This document shows, in pieces, positions 28,470 through 42,200 of a DNA stretch of 64,000 bases. The notes beneath the pieces were generated by a model that had not been told where the DNA came from, ran no database searches, and saw only the letters and a list, made by a program, of their open reading frames with translations. The position numbers and the translations under genes were made by a program. Source of the stretch: Antedon mediterranea (taxonomy: Eukaryota > Animalia > Echinodermata); NCBI RefSeq assembly GCF_964355755.1, contig NC_092675.1, positions 1,111,812-1,175,811 on the forward strand, written 5' to 3'. Position 1 is the first letter of the stretch; each line of letters starts with the position of its first letter.

Positions 28470-28692
28470 CACGTATGTCGTTAGTTCGATTCCCACGCTG
28501 GTCGGTGGAATAGAGTTAAAGGCATGCGGCCACTGTGTTTGGGGTTCACATAATTATACGTCCCCCTTTGCACCACACATCACGAGGCGACAACATCAAT
28601 GCATCTGGTGATGTGCTGGAAACGACCCCAAAAGGCTGTGGCAGGGCCTTAGTGCTGAGGCAGGGAGAGCACATTTAACATCTTTTTTTTTA
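28470..28692 (+). mobile_element. SINE-like element
   Basis: B-box GTTCGATTCCC near 28484, GC-richer body, 3' hairpin GCCTTAG-TG-CTGAGGC, T-rich tail. Confidence 0.45.
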
Positions 28693-29597
28693 TTAAATTT
28701 TTTTTTCAACCTGTATTCGATCTCGTAAATTGTATGTTTGCCGCCCTCAATTTTAAAAAGAAATTGAATTTATTATTTTTATCGCAGGTGTACGAAACGG
28801 TTTGGTATGCCGTGCGTTGTTATGCAGTGGTTGTGCAGATGTAGTGGGAAAGACTGATGTAGTGTTAATCAATGTTGCTACATTGGTAGCGAAATTTCCG
28901 ATTCATGCAAGATATTGTATTGTAATATGTTATGAATACACGTTTATGATTGTTGGTGTGTATGGCCGCACCGTCCCAGTTTTAAACAGATAGTAATTGT
29001 CTCCGATGGTTTTTGTATGGGGTTAATGGAGAGTGAAATAAGATAAAATATAAAACATTTGCAAAGATGCCGATTTCTAGACCAATTTCGAAGCTTAGAC
29101 TATTTCCGCCGTATATAGGCATATACGAAGTCGAGTTTTAAAGTTATCATAGGTGATTATGTATAGTAATAAGTATAAGTGCAATTCTGGGCTCTATTTT
29201 CATTATTAGCTCTGCCCCAACCATGGTGGGCTAGTACCGGAGACTTAATATTTAATTTCATATTTCAATGAATAGTTGCACTTTACGGGGACAAACAGCT
29301 TGGTGATACTGAAATTTATTAATGAATTTAGAAACGATAAACATGAGGAAATCTATGAGAAGGAGAAAATGGCGCCCATGAGATTTAAATAAAGATACCA
29401 GAATTTCCACTAATTTTCAAGTTTTTATAGAAGAATGGCTTCATGTATGACAAGTAGAGGGAGGATAATCGATGGGAAAAAATATAATGCATTAGTAATG
29501 GTCGATTCCGTACTAATATAACCACTTCGTTCAACAGCACTCATTGCGCGCAGCGGATGCATTATTTCTTGTGAAATATTATGGTGAACTTTGACTT

Positions 29598-29656
29598 TGC
29601 ACGCGACTAAAAATCCAGAGAACAATAATTGTTCTCTGGATTTTTAGTCGCGTGCA
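29598..29656. repeat. Perfect 59-bp palindrome (29-bp arms, 1-nt centre)
   Basis: TGCACGCGACTAAAAATCCAGAGAACAAT-A-ATTGTTCTCTGGATTTTTAGTCGCGTGCA. Confidence 0.95.
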
Positions 29657-29740
29657 GACTCTACAGCTTGGTCGGGTTGGTCGGTAAACACTATCTCAAA
29701 TTTGCGCACGCGACTGGAGCCATTATGTATGGCCTTGGTT
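29641..29740 (+). mobile_element. Short Helentron-associated (HINE/DINE-like) element
   Basis: T-run start, sub-terminal inverted repeat AGTCGCGTGC/GCACGCGACT, GGTCGGGTTGGTCGGT microsatellite-like tract, 3' hairpin GCCAT..ATGGC-CTTG. Confidence 0.5.
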
Positions 29741-31227
29741 GTAGCGGCCACACTCCTTCATTCCAGATGGAAATGCACTGAATAAAAAAAAAATAAAAAA
29801 ACATAATCGGTTGGTTGCACCCAGTTTTTGTTGTACATTGTTGTTTCTTACATAGGCCTACACCATTCATCATTAGATAAATTTGTTCGTTTTAAACCGT
29901 AGGCATAGATGGAATAAACATTCACTTGAGTAGGTATTGTTAGGTGAAACAATTTTAAATGTAACTTGTGACTGTTTAAAAAAAAATCATTATTAGCTCT
30001 CTTGTCTACAAATGCAAAATTTCTTTGGCCCAGGGTGTCCGACAAGCTGTTGCAAAAGTTGAATTTACAATACTGTAAATTAAGCATATAAATATTATTT
30101 TGATGTTTTTAATTTAATTACCTTACTATGGCGTGCATCAATTCATGCATATATGGTAAGATGATAAACTAATAAGAAAACTTTCGACACTGACAAGATA
30201 ATAATATGATTGTTCTTTCTATATATACTTTTTTTTCTTAAATGCCTTTAAATTACTGTTAGTGAATTTTCCATCTTTTAACACTAGACAAAGGGTACTG
30301 TGCCACCAAAGGCCTCATTCTTCTTCATGGCTGACGAAATATAAGTGGAGATATTATCAATGTTGCTGCAAAGTACAATATAAATATTAAGTCTGGATGC
30401 TACCTAAGATGAAGATGTTAAATGAGGTGGGTTTATTCTTTTAGACAACACACAGGCTTCAATGCTGAGCTCAACGAGTTTTTTCTTAATATTAGTAAAA
30501 AGATAAATATTTTGGCACATATGGCGTTTCATACGTATACTATTTTCAGACAAAAATCGAAATAAAACAAATAGATACAAAAAAGACAATGTATACAGAC
30601 TTGGGGCAAGTCTAGAGCTCAACAACCGCATTGTTTTTAAAATGGATGCCATGCCATTACCGTATATTTTACAGTTTAGTAATAAAGATGAATACTCGAG
30701 GAATCACAATATAAACGACTATAGTTTTGTCTGTTTTTTATTTTGTTGGATAGTATGAGACAACACACCCCTACATAAACTCAATACCACCATACATAAT
30801 CTTATTATACTGTGCTCCTTAAGTGGGTACATATTATTAAACTATTCAATAGCTAAAATATAAGAATAATACCTACCAGTAGATAAGGTTTTGAAAATAA
30901 AGCATACACAATATGTAATTACAAGGTTCGGTTGGGATTTTAAAATAGACAAAACAAATCATCACTGCAAATGATAACACTCGATGTACAATTATGTACA
31001 ATTTTTTTTTATTTTAGCCTAAAAAATGCTATTCTAGAATTCCAGATTAATCATGGCTTTTAATGTCGTATTCTGATATCATTAACTGACTTTGGGACGT
31101 TTGCATTTTTAAGCACAATTCAACTAACTTTAAATAAGTTCGTGATTCAGAAAAAATAAACATTTTTTGGGGACTTTCCACTTCAGGATCAAATTCGTAT
31201 TATTATATATACACAAATACTATAATA

Positions 31228-34200
31228 TTAAAACTGATGACCTTCTTCTGTGAGCTGTTGGAGAATTCGGAATGATCGTGATTGGTTGATAGGATTATTT
31301 TGATGGTCTTCTAGGCCGGCAGGGTGAGGATTAGTATACTGAATCTGTGCCGCAGTTGGTAGGTGTATATAGGCGTCTTTATCAATTTCAATATTAGAAT
31401 CATCTCTGCGAAAAATATAAAAAGTGTGCATAAAAAGCCGTCATTTTTAATAACAAGTTTTATAACAAAAAAAGATCAAACAATTTCACCTAGATTGTCA
31501 TCTAATATTTCATTTCTCAGTTACCTCATTCTTAGGAAACTACCGATTCCTGATCGACTTTCATAGAAACTTTAAAAAAAACCTCTATCAATTAACTATC
31601 AATACATTTTAACATTTATAGGCCTATTGACCATCTTTCTAGAGCTTGACTTAAAATCAAACGAAATTAAATAAAGTCAAACATTTACCACTATTTACAG
31701 GGTCAGGAACTAAAATTAAGTTCTCAATACAGGAAAACTAGCTTTCTAAACGTTTAATAAGAATTAGAATCACAACTTTGAGGAAATAAAAACCTCTGTC
31801 AAATCTAGAAATGATCGCAACTTACTCTCCCAATTTTCCAGTAATCATTCCTTCTGTCTGTCCTCTAAAGGTGTCAGCAATATTATTTGCAGAGTAAAGA
31901 CCCATTGGTGAATTGTATTGGTTATGGACGACAGTGGCGGTTCCTCCTAAAGCAGTTCCACGAAACGGCACCTTGGTAACGGGCGGCGCACGAGGAGGAG
32001 CTGTTTTCTTAAGAGGAGCTGGGAACATTGCATCTTTCTGGAAAGATAAAGATGCATTTACTTTTAGACCTTTCGCATTAGTAAAACTAATATACATTAT
32101 CGAGTTATATAGTTCTTGTTGATCTACTTTTTGCGATACAAGTAATGGTCCTTCTAGTGTATTGCACGAACATTCATCAGCCACATGGCTACGCCTTTTT
32201 AAAGGCTAATAATTAGAACTGTAGGCCTTAGTTTGTTCTTTTAAGTTCAAATTAAGTCTCAATATTGTTTTGTAAATTAAATACATGGTGTTTCAACAGC
32301 TTCTTTTTAAACTAATAACAAATAATGTCTGAGTAGGCCTGCTTTAGTCCATGGTTTGAGGTAACAACATCATCCAAACAAATATCTAGAATAGATTTGG
32401 GAATGGCACCGTTCGATGACTTTTCACACGAAGCTTGAGTACGCCTATCAGTTGCATTGTGAATAATATTTGATATTTCGTTTATGGTGAAGGAAAAAGG
32501 TTACGTTGAAACTTACCCAACGTTTCATGCGTTATCATCGCACTTCTGATGTCAGCTTGGTTTGCCGAAATAACCCTTTTCCTTCACCATTAATGAAATT
32601 AATATTTGCTGGAACAAGATTTTTTCACTTTTATTGTATGTAATTACGTTCAAGCGTACCTGTCTGCTCGTTGTTGGAGACAATTCATAAACATGGCCAG
32701 GAGTTTCGTAGACTACTGTTCCTGCAGGAAAATATTCACGTGGTCCCATTGGTATCTTGTGCTTTTCCTTATTCTCAACTGGCTTAGGAACTACAGGCGG
32801 TGGAAGTGGTGAACTCAAACCAGAGCCTCTGTTATATGCCAAGAAATTAAACATTTTATGATTTCAAACATAAATTAATCATGTCATTATTCGATCATAG
32901 CTCGGTAACGAATCATTTACACTTTGGACTATCTCGTTTAATTCTAGGCATGGTTTTGTCGAAATAGGGTGACATATCTACCTATTACTCTTTTACTTTT
33001 ATATGTTATCTTGTGAAAGAGAAACAGAGAAAAGAGAAGGAGAAACAATTTTAAAGCAAGTCTTCTTTTGATTTCGATCCTTCAAAATGAGGAAGTGGAT
33101 GAGCCGGCTCGCCCCTCTCTAAATACTTACAACATGGTTATATTGTATTTGACAGTATTCTTGTCATTTTAATCCGTTTTTACCAACCTATGTCCAGGGT
33201 TGTAACTCAGGACTCGTTCAACTCAAATGAAACTTTGAGTTCATTATGCACGATGCATTATAAATCATCCTAAATCGATAAAGAATATTTAAATGACGTC
33301 GTACCAACCTTTCTAGGATCATTTTCAGGTTTGACGCTTGTTTGATGACTGTTTGTCCCTCAAGATGTGTCAGGTTGTACGTTTGTTGTCCATTAATACT
33401 TCGTACGATATCACCTGGTAAAATTTTGGCCCGATTTGCTTTGCCACCTGGAGTGGTCTATCATTAAAAAAAAAAATATGAATTGCATAATTATTGTTTA
33501 TATATAAAATGTAATGTATTTCAAATTACGTTTACATCGTTCAATTTTTTAAAATTTTTATGACATGATGTTTTGTAGATATTAAAGATATCCTTTGTAG
33601 TAGAAGTTGGGACCGATGGTATTAAAAAAAAAATGTTTACAAAAATTATGCCCAACCAATTGATTAATTTTTGTACTGATTTTTGTTTGTATAGGCCCCC
33701 ATGCTTTGAGTGCTTTCACAATTTTCCTCTTTCACCGACCTCTTTTTTTGGGCCACTCAGATGTGATTAGGCCTAAAATAAATGTAATTAAAACATGGAA
33801 ACTTCGTGTTTCCAATTGTGTATAACAAAAATGACTTTCATAGCGATCAATGAATTACTTTTCAATTCCAGTATCATCAGAATGATTGTATAAAAGAATA
33901 TGGAGTGAAAACATTTGTAAAGAAATCCTAAATTTTTCGCTCGAGGGCACATGTTCGAATCTTCTTCGAGTCTTTTTTTTAAAAATGAATTCATTTCGTT
34001 GATGAACTGCTCGTTATAGGTTCTCAAATATGTTTCTAATTATAGATCGATGTTGAAACATTATAGGCTTATGTCATATGTCATACAGCAGCAGCAGCAG
34101 GAAAAACAGTTAAGCAAAGAAACAAAATGAAATAAATAATAATTAAACACAAATCCATTTTCTAGATCTTTTGTAATTTGTGTTATGTCATACTTATTAC

Positions 34201-34797
34201 CAAAAAAAGTAATTGTAGATTGAGTATTTTGAAATTTTGAAATCATGGCCCAATCCCGTCATAACAGACGATAAGTTCCAAAATATTATTTAGCATCATA
34301 AACATCATCATTTAAAAAATTGCACATTTTTAAGTTGGTAATAAAATCATACCCAAATAAAGAGACACATTCATAAAAAAAACCAGTTTTATAAGTAGGC
34401 CTATATTTACATGATCATGTTGTATTGACGATGTCACACGTCAGACAATGTTGTTTTTGAATCAATCAAAATGTAGAGACGACGCATAATAATGACGCGT
34501 ACTGTCAAAGGCTGACGTATAATGTTTAAATGTTAAATTTACAGCCAGAAACCGAACACAGAATGGCATTTTCCCTGTTTAGACGCGTGTATTTTTATCT
34601 TTCGCTTCAAGGTATCCAATATTGTTCTTAAGTGTCATCTTTTAATTTGTAATGGTCACAACTGTCAGTTGAGAAAACTTTATAAATGCTGTCCTTACCT
34701 TTGAAATGCGTAATGGAGTGTTGAAGTCTTTTCCTCCAATTAGACGTAGTCCCCATGGCCCGGGCCCGGGGAGAGTAACTTCCATTGTTGTAGGCAT
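31228..34797 (-). CDS. PDZ + ZM-motif protein without LIM domain (Zasp/ALP-Enigma family paralog), ~268 aa
   Basis: Exons 34797-34699 ([33 protein letters not shown]), 33457-33309 ([22 protein letters not shown]), 32828-32660 (Pro-rich), 32037-31826 (ZM motif [18 protein letters not shown]), 31405-31228 ([11 protein letters not shown], stop). Total 807 nt, open, phases consistent. Confidence 0.88.
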
Positions 34798-37700
34798 TGT
34801 TAGGTTGTAAATTGTGCTCTCTTAGAGTGAAGAAGATGTAGATAGATACGAACGAAAGCTACACTCAGCTGCCCGACATACCGCGCGTACGTGGAATTCT
34901 TGCCAATCATGTCAAAGGTTAATGCAATATACATTGATAAGTTATGATCAGTTAATTAATACTGAAGTAAATAATTTAATATCATTTAATGTTATGTATA
35001 AAAGGTAAAATAATAGGTTATAGTACCGTAGTTACTAAGATATAAGCACTTTATAATGCCATTTATACATTTTACCTATCTGGATTCATGCCTGTAGGCC
35101 TATATCGCATTCTTTTTAATGGCATTATCACTGAAAAGGTGGAGGTAAGCAACCGAACATATTAATTATGCACTTTTGAACGGAAGTTTAAAATTAATCG
35201 AATATACATTGTGAAAAATAATGCAAATGGCGACGTACGGTTATAAAAAAGTTTATATGTAGTTTTTTTATTTATCTATGGTATTGCATTTTAATATTTG
35301 TTATAGCGCCCTCGAAAAAAATAAAAAATACTGGAAATACTGAGCTCGTTAAAAAAAACACTGGCATGTAGTGAATATTATTCATTGACATAAGACATTG
35401 GCACTCAATGCTATATGAAAAGTGCGTCAACATATCAAGAATACTAATACTGTACTACAAAGTTTACAATATATTAAAAAAAAATATGCTAAATATTGCC
35501 TACCATCACCCTCTGAAAAGAGTAGGGCTTACATAAATTCGATAATATAAAAATGTAAAACTTTTACAATTTTAATACAATTTAAAAATGCAAACAGTAA
35601 TAATAGGTTTCTAAAAAAATCCTTTTTTCCCGTAATATTCTATTGTAACCCGCCCACCCCATCCTCCTCAAAATCTTCATAAAAGTACCAGTCCTCACTA
35701 TTTTTTTTATATTTGCTTATAATTTGTTATTTATTATAATATTACTAACTTCAATATCGCATTATATTATTGAACCTGATATTATAAATTAAAAACTCAT
35801 CTCATTGGTGGACAGACGTCATAATCACTCATGCGAAACATCTTCATCAGAGTTGTCGCCTGCCGCCGGGTGGGTTAAGTTTACACTTACATCATTGTAT
35901 TGTCGGACAAATTATAAACAAGATCAGTTATTCATGACACTTTAATATACTTCGTGAGTAATCATAATGTAAATTTTACTTCTTTTAAATATTTTTTAGG
36001 CACCGGACAGTCGCATTTTCAGTCCTTAGATTAAAAAGGCGGCTAAGCCTATGGTTGTCAGCGCCAGCGGTAGTCTGTTTTTATTTTACAGGGCCCCTTT
36101 ATCTACCGGCATCTATCTGTCCTCTGTATAGAGTAGATTTTGAGTAGCTTAGTAATTTTATATAAATAATCAACTTATTTCCAGATTTCCATAAAATTGT
36201 AACACCATTATAGTACATGGATTTCAATGCATTAAAAACAAAAAATATATAAGATTGAATTTCTATATTATTATTAATAATTTGTTTTGTTAAATCTAAA
36301 AGAGTGAGAGGGACAGTTTTTTAAGAGAGGGTGGAGGAGAGGATGGCAATGCAAGCAAAATTAGTCATTTTAAGTCAGTTCTTCAATCAGTTTATTCAAT
36401 CAGTTTCTTCAACCAGTTTCTGATAAACATTGTTATATCTATTTGTTTTTGATTTTCTGGGGTTTCCCTAGTATAGTGTTTCCTTAGCCCATATAGTGTT
36501 TCCCCTAGCCCACAAAGTATTACTTTATGCCTAGTGTAGTGTGAATGGTCAATATATTATAGCCATATATGAAAAATACAGTAATGCACTACTATATATA
36601 ATTGACCATCCATAGCATATTTTTAAAGATATACAGTAGTTGTGTTGTGTCTTTTTTTGTGATTAAATTCAGACACTACAAAAGAAGAGAAGATATTCCT
36701 AGAGAAAAACTTGTTTTTGTCACAATGAATAGAATATTTTATCAAAGGTAAAATAAAAGGGGAAATTTCACTTTAAAACCCATTCATAGGACAATAGGTT
36801 AGTCATTTAAATGGAGTTAGTACTGGTGTATCATTTTTTCATTTATTACAACCAAATACTAATGTAAAATCTTTGTAAGATCCATGCTGATTTTTTTTCT
36901 TTGCTAGATAGATAGATGTGATCTTGAATTGAACTGAATTAGTATTTTGTGCACACTTATAATTTTGTTGTGTACTTTAAACACTGGCTGTATCAGTGAT
37001 TAGTTTGTGCGGTTGGCTCATTGTCGAACCTTTTTCCGGTATGAACTGTATTATTTCCTGTGCAACAGGTTGATGTGCTACCTCAACTCTGATGAATCTT
37101 TAACGTTTCTATGTATGTACAAAGAATGTCACATTTATTCTCTAATACCTTGCAGTACATTCTGTACTGTGAACTAATGCTTGGCGTCACCAGGAGAGGT
37201 GAAACTTAAATTTATTGCAATCAAGATATAAATACCACCAGGCTACAGTAATATGACATTTTATTTAAAAAATAAACAACATATAAAAAGTACAGAAATG
37301 TATCATTTACCGCCGAACCATAACTCTGTATAGTAGCAACTGGTTAGTTCAGATACCAGTACCAATAACTAGGCCTATTGAATTGAAAAATAACAATTGA
37401 TAGCCTTTCATATTATCTTATTTATAGGTGGTTGATGTTGTTGGCCTAAACTTGATTGCTGTTATAACTGTTATTTACTCTGTGGCTTGTTCTAGCCATC
37501 AAGTTTATATTACTCAATATGTCTAGCCAATTTGTTTTTTTATTTGCTTGTGTTATCTATTGCTGTTGTTAAAAATAACCTTTTCTGTTGTTTTTAATTA
37601 GAAGTTCCAAAGTACTAATTGCCTTCAGCAGAGAGCTAAATCCTTGAAAATAAAATACCCATGACCTCTGTTTTATTGTGTGCTTAGTACATCACAAGGA

Positions 37701-39273
37701 CCTCTAATTGTGATTTTCCATCCCATTTGCTTCACTTCAAATGCTCCATCCACACTAATATTCATTTTGTTTATCAATTGATTATTTATAGGGATTGGTT
37801 TAAACATGCTTGCTATGGTCATAATACTATACAGTAATTTAAAAAGGGCTTGAAAATATTCAATGGCTTGGAGTGATACTTTATAACACTCACCTGTGAA
37901 GAAATACTTATTTCAAATCTAGGCCGATGTGCCAAATACAGTAATGTACTTGTATTTTTGCATTCCAATACTGTTGGGTTGACAATTTTTTTATTTTTTC
38001 TGTCTCTATGTTAAATATAAATTTATTTTGCAAACTTGCAGAGTCGAAGGAATGCTTGATCAGATCAGAGTTTTTTAAGGACACCCTGTAAACTGATGAT
38101 GATGATAATGACTGATTGTAATGTAAATGAACCCCATCCCTATATTATCCTCTTTTGCCTTATTTTTCTGCTATTTTTAGAGGAATAAATGAAATTGAAG
38201 TTTGTGATTGCCTGCCAGTTGTTTGCTGCTTCATTATACAGTACCATGTTTTAATATCAAACCGTAAACATCACTGAATATAGCCTGATACAATTGGTCA
38301 TTAGGCCTACTGAATAATTTAAAAAGCAACTTGATAATTTATGTATGATTTACGCATTAAAAATGCTCGTTACTAAATTTGCATTACAAATGTCACTTGC
38401 TATTACTAATAAATACAACTCACTGACTGCAAAACTTCATGTAGAACTATTTAGATATTGTGGCAAATAAGATTTAAATATTTTAAAAAAACTGACAATA
38501 TACAGTACAACAAACCAATATTGTTTTCCTTCCTTTATAAAATAAATTATTTCCAGTTTCTTTATAAGTCCCTTTCATTTAAAAACAGAATGTTGGTACG
38601 GTAACCAAGCTTGCCATTCACACACTGTGATGGAGAGCTGCTTTTTTGAATAAAATTAAAATATATTTTGTTAGCCGGGGACGTTACTAAAACATAATTT
38701 TCAGATACTATTACTGTATATACATTTTGTTGCACAGTCTACCGAATAATAATAGACCTTTAGAAAAAGCATAGAGATATTATATTTTGTCCACAAAATG
38801 TTGGTTTAAAAAAAGGGTATGTACAGTATAAGTATGACATAAGTTAGAGCAAAAATCACAATTAAAACTGCTATTTATTTAGGGATTTTACAAAGATTAA
38901 AATAATTGTTTCTTTACAAAAGCACCACTGTTGTATGACGTATTTTGGTGTTGACTCATGTCTTAGCCTTTTCATGTAGGTATTTACTCAAGACTTACAG
39001 TGACCATCATTCGTTCATCAAACATCCTAAAAATAGGAACATTTTAGCTAGGAACATTCCATCCAATTGAAAGCTGAGTTGTCACAGGCCAGGGCTTCCC
39101 TATCTATTAATTTTTCATGAAGCTAGGGAGTCGGCTTGAAACCACTTCCTGTCGACATTCTTTGCATTCCAAGGAGTCATTTATGGTGTGGTCTGTTCTG
39201 AGTGTAACTCCCTTCAATGCTTCTTCTCTCTTCCCCTTCAGAAGAGAAGGATCAGCAATAATTTCTTGTGGAT

Positions 39274-42200
39274 ATGGACCGAGCTCTCCAAGTGATAATA
39301 CCAGGCCCGGGACCATGGGGGTTCCGACTAGCCGGTGGCAAGGACTTCAACACTCCTTTACAAATTTCAAAGGTAAGTAATTTTGATATTTTAATGATTT
39401 TATAAGCTCATTGAACGAGATCATGTCTTCCATATTTTGCACATTGAAGTATTTAAGTCACTAGCCTGTTGTTGATAAGGTGGATCAAATCCATCTCAGT
39501 GTCCTTCATGGTAATGATAATATTGGATTACTTTAAATTTGAGAATAAGTTGCTAAAACATACATAAACTCTGATGATGTCTGTATTCCATTATTTACTG
39601 ATATGACGGATATGACATATCCAAGTTGCTTTAGTGATGTTTTATGTGTTTGTAATACATTTCATAACACATGTAGACATTTTAGTTTTTTCCATTTTGT
39701 AATTTTTGGGTTTTTTCCATTACATACTGTTGGTCATTTTATGTATTAGCAATATGTCTCAATCCACCTATTATTGAATTCAAGTTCACGTGAACCTACA
39801 TACAAAACAACAACAAGTCCCTTTTTGTATTCAATGTATGCAATGACTGTTCAATCTTTCTGTTTGATTATTCATTTGTATATTATTGTATAATAATTAT
39901 GTATGGTATTATATATTGAGTTGACTTCAGCCAAGATGATACAATATAATATTCTTCCCCTGTTTCTTCAGGCATTAAATTAGGCAGTAGACTGGTGCAC
40001 ATTATTATTAACAATTCCTTAATTTTTTTGCACTTTCAAATGTGAATTGTTAATAATAATAATTTCCTTTTTTATAGCGCCATTCCAACAATCATTGTTC
40101 ATGACGCTGTGGACATATTACATTTTGTGATGTTACACTTTACAACTACATGCTTCTCCTCCTACTGTAAAGGTCATGTTATTTTGGTGCTGACATTTTT
40201 AGAGCTCATTCATCTGTCTATGACAGTGGATGCATGAACTAGTACACCTAGTACATTGCCGATATTATGACTGGATTACGGTTTTCGTAACCGGTTGGCC
40301 ACTTGTTAATATTGTTCCCCCTTGTATTAATTATGAATAGATTAATACTGGACTGGTTAATTTAGTATCTTCTAAGTAGCTTGATTTATTTACTAAATAG
40401 TAAGTTTGAAATTTAAGATAATATCCACACCACCATTGAATTCACGCTTTTCTTTTTTTTTTTGCTGTACAATTTTTCTTCATAACATCGATTTCAGGTT
40501 CCTTATTATAAAAATGAGTCATTTGTTACAACAACAAAAATGTTATTTTTTATCCAAAATAACTTAAACTGAAATTCTCCTGATTATAAAGTACTTAAAA
40601 GTAGACTAGATTGTAGCCATGCTTGAATTGAATTTATAACAATCTTAATAAAACTAAGGAGATTCAACAAAATGCACTTTTCATTTAATAACATTTTACT
40701 AAAAAAATTATGACAATATTTTTTTATTGCATTATCTTAGATAATTCATAGAATTATCCATTTATGACAAGTAGAGATATCGTTCTATGGTCATGAACCG
40801 TAAAATAAGCTGGTTGTCTATTAATTTTTTAGCAATTAACATTGTTTTAACATCCATTTATCATACACAAGTGACTCATTGAAGGGGAACTGAAAACTGG
40901 GTATAAATAATATATATGTAATGATTATTATAAATTTATTAAAATTAAAGTAAATTTAAATAGGTGCTGTTTAACTGTTTTTTAACCATCACTGGTGGTC
41001 GCAGTGCAATTGCCTAGCATTGGAGGGCTAAACCAGGATCATTTGTTTGCGTTACAGGCCTTGTCTAAAAAAAATTGCATTCCTCAATACATTCAGGGGT
41101 GCTTTACTGTAGTGTTCTGTTTGTATTTTGGGGTGTAGACCAAATTTAAGCGTGTTGTAAATCACACACCTCAAGGGCAGATTAGGAGTATGTTACAGTA
41201 GGTGAGTAATCGCACTTGCTCCCCTTAAAAGACAAGGCCTGGCGTTTCACCACTGACTGGTCATGCCATGTCTTCACAATAATACAGTACAGTACTAAAT
41301 AGGTATTGAGTGGTAGATGTATGTAGACCAGTATGATTTCCTCTTCCTATATCTACAGTTACCTGTGTGGGTTACCTATTGGAAACCAATGGGTAGACAA
41401 CATCCTCAATTGATAGATAGTTAGTTGGTTCAGAGTGTTCAAATATCAACCACAAGCAGTTTTTTAGATTTCTGTATACAGTATGCCAAAACACATTTTT
41501 ATAACTATATTAAATGTACAGTATAAAGGTAGTTTCATTCTGAATTTTAAAAATATACATATTTATATATTAAATACTGTATTGAGATTTAGGCCTAGAG
41601 ATATTATCACATCTGATCATGCTGTATACTAAATTCTAAGCCAAATTTACTAAACATATGTGCCATTTTTAGGTGAACCACTAACTACTTTATTAACTGT
41701 ATGTGTAACAACACTACACTACAACACAGCAGTCAACACCAGTAAAACTTGTGCTTAAAGCCCCATTCCCTACGTTTTTTAGATCTAATTTAAGATCACA
41801 AACTATATTTAATGTAAAAATAATACTATATGGTCCTATTGCGATAACTTTTTTCGTCTTTAAACGGTTAAAAATGTGAAAAATAAATCGATTTTAATAA
41901 TTATAGCGGCCCGCTATAAATCCCAAAATGCATTGCGCGCGGATTGATATTGTTGTTTTTCACCTGTAATTCGCCCACTTTTCGATCGATCGTGAAGCCA
42001 AAACAAATGGAAGACTCCTAACTTTTCAGCGAAAATACCGGGTTTTCCCCAATTTTTATCAACGGAGTCTGGCAAAAATAGAAAGACAATTAATGCAGCA
42101 ACTATACAACGTCAGGCTAGGTATATAGCTAGCGTACGATGTTCGTACGTTACCGATGTTTACCAGCTAGGCCTACAAAACTAAGCCTAGCTAGGCTAGG

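Noticed and set aside
28788-28935. Cys-rich peptide with an in-frame TGA (possible selenoprotein)
   Set aside because: No start or signal exon, no SECIS recognised, and the homologous segment at 27939 does not keep the cysteine pattern.
33050-33270. Extra exon(s) in the PDZ-ZM gene (donor-like site at 33188, acceptor-like site near 33118)
   Set aside because: No acceptor/phase combination compatible with the upstream phase-2 donor gives a convincing open internal exon; the direct 33309>32828 junction is in frame.
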